NCBI GenBank assembly: GCA_018817715.1
Contig: JAHITT010000004.1
Span: 191,784-251,707 of the forward strand
Source: Patescibacteria group bacterium
GTDB lineage: Bacteria > Patescibacteriota > Patescibacteriia > Veblenbacterales > UBA10138
DNA: 59,924 nucleotides
Direction of reading: 5' to 3'
This document shows, piece by piece, positions 54,091-59,924 of this stretch; within the stretch, counting starts at the first letter, position 1; each line of letters starts with the position of its first letter. Both the position numbers and the translations under genes were made by a program. The notes beneath the pieces were generated by a model that did not search any database, had not been told where the DNA came from, and saw nothing but the letters and a program-made list of their open reading frames with translations.

Positions 54091-54222
54091 TGGTGAATAT
54101 CTAGCAAGTCAATTTTTGACTTGCTTAAGGACTCGAACGCCGGAGCGATGTGTAGGTCAGCAGACCGCACCGCGAGGCGGTGGTTAGCCCGAGGAGTGCG
54201 ACGGCACGACAAGAGGCGAAGC

Positions 54223-54244
54223 CGAGTCCCTCCTCGCCCACCAA
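54223..54244 (+). repeat. direct repeat copy 2 (orphan tRNA-Leu 3-prime end)
   Basis: CGAGTCCCTCCTCGCCCACCAA, preceded by a GC-rich stretch of about 100 nt. No tRNA body upstream. Confidence 0.9.
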
Positions 54245-54337
54245 CAAGCAAATAAGGCACCTTAAGAACATTGTTTTTTAGGGTGTTTTGGTTAGAGTCT
54301 TGACTTTGGTTTTATTAGTATTAATATATGTACCAGT

Positions 54338-54421
54338 ATGAAAGTTCGTTATAGAGTAAAAAATAAAATAGAAGCCGATTTTAAATTGGCTAACCAAATA
54401 TTTTTAGATTTCTCTATTTAA
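54338..54421 (+). CDS. candidate leaderless 27-codon small ORF (MKVRYRVKNKIEADFKLANQIFLDFSI)
   Basis: Sits between the promoter TTGACT-16-TAATAT (54300-54327) and a strong terminator. No SD. The ATG lies about 10 nt after the -10. Confidence 0.25.
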   Translation: MKVRYRVKNKIEADFKLANQIFLDFSI

Positions 54422-54453
54422 TTCCCACCGTTTCCAAGCGGTGGGAATTTTTT
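54421..54453 (+). terminator. intrinsic terminator
   Basis: ATTCCCACCG-TTTCCAAG-CGGTGGGAAT perfect stem, then TTTTTT. Confidence 0.85.
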
Positions 54454-54494
54454 AAAATAAAATTTCTTTAACAAAAATCCCTAGGGAGGATAAA

Positions 54495-54920
54495 ATGAGT
54501 AAAATTAAAAAGCAGGAAGTGAATAACATCCTGATAAGTTTATCAGAGGAAGCTAAAGTAGCACTTAGACCACTATTACATGTGGTTATTCAAAAAAATA
54601 ATCGTTCCATCTACGCTACTCAAGGAACAAAAAAATATTTTAACGAAGGTGGAACTAAAGGGATGATAGTGGTTGCTAAATTTAGTCAAAATGACGATGA
54701 AGAATTTTTAGAAACAATAAAAATTCAGGACGTCATTAAAAGTAAATTAGTTAGTTTAATTATAAATATACCAAGTGGTAATTTTGAAAAAAACGAATAT
54801 GACTCGCCATCAGAGAGAACCGATGGCGAAACTATAAGACAATTAGCTTGTGATTATGGCATACCCTTAATAACTTGCCCTAAACAAGCTTTTGATGTTT
54901 TATACGACTTAGCTAATTAA
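54495..54920 (+). CDS. stand-alone MGS-like domain protein
   Basis: ISLSEE.K......IYATQGT.KY....G......V........LIINIPSG....D...IR..A.DYGIPLIT pattern, as in CarB C-terminal/MGS-like domains. SD GGGAGG. Confidence 0.6.
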   Translation: MSKIKKQEVNNILISLSEEAKVALRPLLHVVIQKNNRSIYATQGTKKYFNEGGTKGMIVVAKFSQNDDEEFLETIKIQDVIKSKLVSLIINIPSGNFEKNEYDSPSERTDGETIRQLACDYGIPLITCPKQAFDVLYDLAN

Positions 54921-54959
54921 AAAATATTTATTTAGGCCAGCCAGCAATAATGGTTGGCC

Positions 54960-57914
54960 TTATTTATTTTGAAATAAGTGTTTAATAAGCTTACTAATTT
55001 TTGGTAATTTATATTTTTGCCAGAATAAGTTTATTAACAAGCCGATGATTATTACTGTTAATAAGGAATAACTTAGCCAGTTATTAGTTTGTTTACTTAA
55101 ATTAATTTCTGGTTGGTCTGCTAAAGGATTTAATTCTGGAGGTGTTATAAATATATCTTCGGGCGAGCGAGCCCATAATTTAAGGCCGGTTTTGGTTTGG
55201 ACAACAAAACCGGTTATTTTTATGGGACTACCTAAAGTAAAAACTGGCCATTTTAGATTTTTGTTTTTTAGTAATACAACTAGAGTATCTTCATTTTGTT
55301 CAAGGGTCAGTTGACTGGCACTATATTTATTAATTGTACCGGTTAGGGTTACAAATTCTCCTTCCAGATCTTCGTTTAGGTCGTTTAAGTTTATTTCTTT
55401 GGCTTGGGGTGCTGGTTGGTTGGCTATAATTTTTAGGGGATCATTTTTATAAATTAATAATCTGGTGCCGTAGGTTTCGCTACGGGAGATTTTGCCTTGT
55501 AATTCAATCGTATCACCAGTTTTTATATTGGGTATTATTACGTTGTCGGACCAAGTGACTTGCAATCCCGATCCTTGCAGAAACATTATATTTTTACTGA
55601 TTTGTCCAGGTGCAGCAGCCACCAAACCTTGTAGTTTTACTTTAGTATTAGTTTCTATATTTTTTACATCTGTTAAGGATATAGTTTCAATTGTTTCTTC
55701 TTCATTTTCTGTTATTAGTAGATTGTCTTCCCCGGGGGTAGGAAAATTAGTCCATAGCCATTTATTATTTATTAAAGCATAAGCCAAACCCTCTTTAGCT
55801 GGCCCGTAGTTTAAAGAGGAAGTTGTTTCTTGATTGTTTTTGAGGACTAATTTGCCACCCTTATTTAGTAAGTTACTTTTTAATATTGTTTTGTCTATGA
55901 CTAAATAATTATTAGGCTCTATAGATAGGTCGGGCAGGTTTATAATTTGGGAATTATTAATTATTTGCCAGCCAGCCGCGCTGGCTGTGGTGGAGTTGGG
56001 GTTATACAATTCTAGCCACTCTTCACTATCATTACCTTTAGGGTTGGGCATTATTTCTGTTAGCAAAATAGGCCCGCTAGTTAGACCGGCTACTTTGGGC
56101 ACGGGGTTAGTTGTTATATTTATGGTTTGTATTTGTTCGGATTTTAATCCCGATTCGTCGGTAATAGTTAGTTTGACTGTATATTTTTTAGATTCAATAT
56201 AAGCATGTGAAGGCGTAGTTAAACTGCTGGTTAAGCCGTCGCCGAAGTCCCATTTAAAATTTAAGTTGTCTTTTTCTGGGTCGCAACTGTCGGAAGCGTC
56301 AAATACTAGTATTTCACTAATAAGGCCGGTTTTGGGTATGTCCCAGGCTAGGATTGGCGGCAGGTTAATTTTGTTTATTATATTAGTTTGTCCGGGTGTT
56401 GGTTTGGTTGTCCATATCCAAGAGCCGTCGTTTTGTCGGGCATAACTGGCCCCCTCTTTAGCTGGACCTTGATAACTCACAGAAATTTTTATTAGTTTAT
56501 CTGGTGAGGTTAAGGTTATTTTTTCTGTTCCAATGTTATCTAAAATTAAACCGGTAGTTGTTCGTGGTAGTAGTAAAAAGTCTTGAGATTTAATAATAGT
56601 GGAAACTAAGGATTGTTGGTTAATAGTGTAAGAAAAAATATTATCTTCTAAAAGCCAATTGTCTAGGTTAATAGATTGGTCAGTCGGATTAAATAGTTCT
56701 ATAAATTCAGTTAAATCATCCAGCGGTGGATTGGGGTAAAGTTCATTAAACTGAACAGTATTTTTAGATGGTTCCAGTGTTGTTTCGTTATTACCTAATT
56801 CAATTAAAAGGGGTTTGTTAGGTAGCCCGTAACTAGGTTCCATTTTTATAAAATCACTTTTATCATTATCACTATCCAAGCCGTCGGGTAGCCGGCCCAA
56901 ACTGTAAGGTTTAATAATAGCTGGGGCATTGTTGGTAATATTGCCATCGTCCCAAGCGCCGTAGCTTATTTGGTCAATAATTGTCTCTTGGTAACGCAGT
57001 AGCAGGGTATCGCCACTATTATTAAGATTGCCTTTGGGAGAACGAATAACATAAAAACGACTACTATCATTAGTACCCAAGGAGCCGCTTAAATAAGTTT
57101 TGCTATTACCACCATCGCTTAGAGAAAATAAAGATAAATCAATTGTTCGATTGGTACGGTTATAAATTTCTACCCATTCGTCTGAGCCTTCGGTAGGATC
57201 ACTGACTAATTCATTTATAACCACTTCACCTGGCAGTACGGTTGGTGTGGGAGTAGGTTGGTAAATTATGACCGGCGGCGGATTTATAGGTGTTGGTGGG
57301 GCAGGGGTTTCAATAGGGCTGAGTGAATTATGAGGCTGAGCATTGGCTAAAATAAAATCACTGGCGTTGTCATTAGTATCTTGGCGATTACCTAAAGAAT
57401 CTTGTTTGCGCAGGATAGATTGATTAGTTGTTGGGTTAGTAGCAAAAGCAGTTGTTTCTGCTAAACCATTATTAATTATTCCCCAAGCCAAACTATCGAT
57501 AATTTGGCCAGTATCATTGGCGCCTTGTCTTAGAGCTATGCCGTTATTATCGGCAATAGTTTGGCTGGTGGTAATATCTGGCACAATAGTTATGTCGGTA
57601 AAACTGGAGCTGGCCCATAAATAAAAACCTTGGGCTTTAACAATGGAGCTTTCGGTCCAGGATTTTATGGTAGTATCAGTTGTGCCGTTAGCGGTTCTTT
57701 TTATTAGGCGATAACCTTGTAAATCAATATCCTGGTTAGTGGGATTAAATAATTCTACAAAATCATTGGTGGTTTTACCTTCGCCCCCAGTTGTTTGTAC
57801 TTGGTTTATTACCAGGTAGTTAGTGGCTGCTTGGCTAGTTTTAGCAAATAAAAAAAGCGTTAGGGCACTACTAAACAAAACGCTTAAAATAATTAATTTG
57901 GTCCTACCCTCCAT
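54960..57914 (-). CDS. C-terminally membrane-anchored surface protein: 4 lamin-tail domains, PKD domain, two OB-like modules
   Basis: LTD signatures VINQV..NDFVELFNP..DLQGY, VINELV..DEWVEIYN, FNELYPNP..EFIELFNP..NLDNW, LTEIMPNP..EEWLELYNP..AGW. PKD motif FDASDS.DP....L.F.WDFGDG. C-terminal TM LLTVIIIGLLINLFW. Confidence 0.8.
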   Translation of the reverse strand: MEGRTKLIILSVLFSSALTLFLFAKTSQAATNYLVINQVQTTGGEGKTTNDFVELFNPTNQDIDLQGYRLIKRTANGTTDTTIKSWTESSIVKAQGFYLWASSSFTDITIVPDITTSQTIADNNGIALRQGANDTGQIIDSLAWGIINNGLAETTAFATNPTTNQSILRKQDSLGNRQDTNDNASDFILANAQPHNSLSPIETPAPPTPINPPPVIIYQPTPTPTVLPGEVVINELVSDPTEGSDEWVEIYNRTNRTIDLSLFSLSDGGNSKTYLSGSLGTNDSSRFYVIRSPKGNLNNSGDTLLLRYQETIIDQISYGAWDDGNITNNAPAIIKPYSLGRLPDGLDSDNDKSDFIKMEPSYGLPNKPLLIELGNNETTLEPSKNTVQFNELYPNPPLDDLTEFIELFNPTDQSINLDNWLLEDNIFSYTINQQSLVSTIIKSQDFLLLPRTTTGLILDNIGTEKITLTSPDKLIKISVSYQGPAKEGASYARQNDGSWIWTTKPTPGQTNIINKINLPPILAWDIPKTGLISEILVFDASDSCDPEKDNLNFKWDFGDGLTSSLTTPSHAYIESKKYTVKLTITDESGLKSEQIQTINITTNPVPKVAGLTSGPILLTEIMPNPKGNDSEEWLELYNPNSTTASAAGWQIINNSQIINLPDLSIEPNNYLVIDKTILKSNLLNKGGKLVLKNNQETTSSLNYGPAKEGLAYALINNKWLWTNFPTPGEDNLLITENEEETIETISLTDVKNIETNTKVKLQGLVAAAPGQISKNIMFLQGSGLQVTWSDNVIIPNIKTGDTIELQGKISRSETYGTRLLIYKNDPLKIIANQPAPQAKEINLNDLNEDLEGEFVTLTGTINKYSASQLTLEQNEDTLVVLLKNKNLKWPVFTLGSPIKITGFVVQTKTGLKLWARSPEDIFITPPELNPLADQPEINLSKQTNNWLSYSLLTVIIIGLLINLFWQKYKLPKISKLIKHLFQNK

Positions 57915-58000
57915 AGGATTAAAATTAAGGTTTAATTATAATTATTATAAACCCCTTGGCTAAATTGTTACAATATGGCAGGCTAAGATAGTCTGGTATT

Positions 58001-59656
58001 TTAGTGAGGAATGATTTTATTGGCCGGAGTGGTGAAATTGGTATACACGCTAGGTTTAGGACCTAGTGGGGGCAACCCCGTGGAGGTTCGAGTCCTCTCT
58101 CCGGCACCAGTAGTAACTTGTTCGGAATTAAGAATATGGAGCGATTTTGCGGAAGCCAAAATCGCGCTTTGATTTTCGCCAAAACCCTTTCCGCCTACGG
58201 CGGAAGCCGTGAAATCCCATAATTCCCCCCAGCGTATGGAAACCGTTTTGTCCTTGATTTCAGGGTTAGAGCCGATTTTCTGAAAAAACTTCTTCCATTC
58301 TAGATGATTGGAAGTTTTTTCTAAATCGGCCGCTTGTTTCAAGGACAAAACGAAACTCCGCAAGGGTTCGACCCAATTCTTTCTCTGTTGCCCAAAATTT
58401 GTTTCTGATTCGAGCAAACCCGCTTTTTCACGCATGAGCAGGTCTTTGCGCGCGAGATACATTTCTCGTTCAATATCGCCGTCAAGAAAAACTGAAACGA
58501 GCTTATTCAGTTTTTCTTCGTTTGCTCGAATCTTCTCTTTCAAATTTTTGGCAACACTTCCTTTTTCAGAAATTGATTCGTTTTCCCAAGCAGTAACCTG
58601 CTTGTCCATTTCTTCAATTTCAGAAAAAGGAAGCGACACTGATTGAAGCAGTGTTTGCAATTGTGTGGCGAGAACTTTTTCTTGCGTATACGGCTGTGCG
58701 CACTTTCCATTTTTCTTGGTGCAACGATAGTAGGTGTAGCGTGTGCCAAAACGATTGGTCGCATGTTGCGCCGTAATCGCACAGCCACACTCGCCACACT
58801 TTGCAAACCCAGTGAACGCGAACGGAAGCGCAACTTTCGATTTTCTCGGTTTCTTGCGCGAAGTGAGCACCTTTTGGACTGCTTCAAACAGTGTCGGGAA
58901 AAGAATTGGCTCAAAGTTTCCGCTGTGCCATTCTCCGCGATGTTTGATGAAACCGAGATATGCTCTGTTGGTCAACATTTTCACAACGGAAACTTTGGCA
59001 AGTGGCGTTCCTTTTTTCTGGACAACGCCGTGATCCGCCAAAAAATCCGCTAACGACTTGAGCGTATATGTTCCCGTGGCGTATTCCTCAAACGCTCGCT
59101 TGATGATACGAGATTTCACTTTGTCAGGTTCAATATTTTTCGTTTTCAAATTGTTCACATAGCCAAATGGAGCGAGCGTTAGCCATTCGCCACGGCGGAT
59201 TTTTTGGCGGATACCACGCTTTACATTTTCAACCAAGTTGTCAGAAAAATATTTGCTCTGCCCGAACGCCACTTGCAACATGAATTTCCCTTGCGGAGTT
59301 GGCTCAAACCAAAACTGCGGAAAGCGTAAAGAAGCAATTCTGTTGATGTCTACGAGATAGATAATTTTACCGCCATCAACAGAATTACGGGCGAGACGGT
59401 CGGGGTGCCAAGATAATATTCCCAAAGGTTCTGGAGATTTTTCAATATACTCAATCATTTTGGCAAAACCGTCTCGCCCGGGCTTCTTTGCGCTTTTCGC
59501 TTCCGTAAATACTTTTACGATTTCAATGCGTTCTCTGCTCGCATATTCGCGTAATTCAAAAAGCTGTGCCTCAATGGACATTATCTGCTGGTCATCTTCC
59601 TCGGTGCTCTTGCGAGCATAGAGAACGCATTTAGTTTTGGTTTGAGTTGTTTCCAT
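58001..59656 (-). CDS. large serine recombinase (resolvase domain, recombinase domain, zinc ribbon, coiled coil)
   Basis: VLYARKST (Ser17 nucleophile), HPDRLARN, CGECGC...YYRC zinc ribbon. aa 477-518 are encoded inside the inverted repeat. aa 519-551 are antisense to tRNA-Leu and flank, so the true 3-prime end is uncertain. Confidence 0.85.
   Translation of the reverse strand: METTQTKTKCVLYARKSTEEDDQQIMSIEAQLFELREYASRERIEIVKVFTEAKSAKKPGRDGFAKMIEYIEKSPEPLGILSWHPDRLARNSVDGGKIIYLVDINRIASLRFPQFWFEPTPQGKFMLQVAFGQSKYFSDNLVENVKRGIRQKIRRGEWLTLAPFGYVNNLKTKNIEPDKVKSRIIKRAFEEYATGTYTLKSLADFLADHGVVQKKGTPLAKVSVVKMLTNRAYLGFIKHRGEWHSGNFEPILFPTLFEAVQKVLTSRKKPRKSKVALPFAFTGFAKCGECGCAITAQHATNRFGTRYTYYRCTKKNGKCAQPYTQEKVLATQLQTLLQSVSLPFSEIEEMDKQVTAWENESISEKGSVAKNLKEKIRANEEKLNKLVSVFLDGDIEREMYLARKDLLMREKAGLLESETNFGQQRKNWVEPLRSFVLSLKQAADLEKTSNHLEWKKFFQKIGSNPEIKDKTVSIRWGELWDFTASAVGGKGFGENQSAILASAKSLHILNSEQVTTGAGERTRTSTGLPPLGPKPSVYTNFTTPANKIIPH
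58023..58109 (+). tRNA. tRNA-Leu (anticodon TAG), CCA encoded
   Basis: Acceptor GCCGGAG/CTCCGGC, anticodon stem CTAGG/CCTAG, loop TTTAGGA, long variable arm. Confidence 0.9.
58104..58228. repeat. left copy of a perfect 125-bp inverted repeat (starts in the last 6 nt of tRNA-Leu)
   Basis: Reverse complement of 59665-59789, matched base for base by hand. Contains internal hairpins GCGATTTTG/CAAAATCGC and TTCCGCC/GGCGGAA. Confidence 0.95.
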
Positions 59657-59664
59657 ACGGCTTA

Positions 59665-59789
59665 GGGGAATTATGGGATTTCACGGCTTCCGCCGTAGGC
59701 GGAAAGGGTTTTGGCGAAAATCAAAGCGCGATTTTGGCTTCCGCAAAATCGCTCCATATTCTTAATTCCGAACAAGTTACTACTGGTGC
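59665..59789. repeat. right copy of the perfect 125-bp inverted repeat
   Basis: Begins 8 nt upstream of the recombinase ATG. Identical to the reverse complement of 58104-58228. Confidence 0.95.
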
Positions 59790-59924
59790 TGTAATTATAC
59801 ACTTTGCGCGAACCTTTTTCGAGCGGAAACTGGACGAATGAATCAGCCCCGCCACCGCCTCGCAGAGCCTCGGCGGACACCAAAGAAAAATGTTCCTTGC
59901 TTTTCGGATTTGCGCGCGACCAAT

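Larger units (their letters stand above)
58104..59924. mobile_element. GC-richer foreign segment abutting tRNA-Leu(UAG), running off the window
   Basis: Composition shifts from AT-rich host sequence to visibly GC-richer DNA exactly at the tRNA 3-prime end. Carries the serine recombinase. The right boundary is not in the window. Confidence 0.6.

Noticed and set aside
54126-54222. GC-rich segment considered as SRP (4.5S) RNA or a minus-strand tRNA fragment. It contains AGGTCAG and GGACTCGAAC.
   Set aside because: It lacks the conserved GGAA/AGCA domain IV core of SRP RNA. The T-loop-like GTTCGAGTCC on the minus strand has no pairing stems or acceptor.
59647-59883. ORFs 59647-59841 (+) and 59671-59883 (-) at the right repeat.
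   Set aside because: They are translations of the inverted repeat and its flank. The plus-strand ORF mirrors the recombinase C-terminus only because of the repeat. It matters only in the inversion scenario and is not a separate gene.
1-59924. CRISPR arrays, rRNA genes, reverse transcriptase/DGR or retron modules, and toxin-antitoxin pairs.
   Set aside because: No regularly spaced direct repeats, rRNA-like conserved stretches, RT motifs (YxDD) or compact two-gene TA cassettes were seen on either strand by visual scan.

Overview
Low-GC chromosomal segment. The gene content suggests a small-genome, CPR/Patescibacteria-like bacterium: tandem TrbC/VirB2-like 'T4SS pilin' genes, a lamin-tail-domain surface protein, membrane pyrophosphatase, and many compact co-directional operons. 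This lineage call is an inference. The window holds the origin-proximal block: dnaN-dnaA on the minus strand, diverging from rpmH-rnpA-yidD-yidC. It also holds a CsoR-controlled copper-efflux operon, 7 tRNA genes, cell-envelope and glycosylation genes, trxA-trxB, gdhA, nusA, hppA, tig, nfo, and pyrF/PRTase/purA-like genes. Canonical sigma70-type promoters (TTGACT-17-TATAAT-like) and intrinsic terminators are readable throughout, and several genes look leaderless. Accessory or unusual content: (1) An AT-rich islet next to tRNA-Ser (about 5.6-10.1 kb) carries a C-protein-controlled restriction-modification (R-M) system. Its C5 cytosine methyltransferase is fused in frame to a complete, apparently self-cleavable LexA repressor. 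This is the most novel candidate system here. A possible HEPN-like gene and a GIY-YIG nuclease sit alongside it. (2) A large serine recombinase lies next to tRNA-Leu(UAG) and is bracketed by perfect 125-bp inverted repeats that encode its own C-terminus. (3) Four tandem pilin-like genes carry Cys-rich C-terminal modules. (4) A purA homologue has an in-frame loss of the catalytic GGxNAGHT segment. (5) A 22-bp duplication of the tRNA-Leu(UAA) 3-prime end brackets a 171-bp insert. No rRNA, CRISPR array or reverse transcriptase was seen. All family calls come from motif reading by eye; no searches were run.
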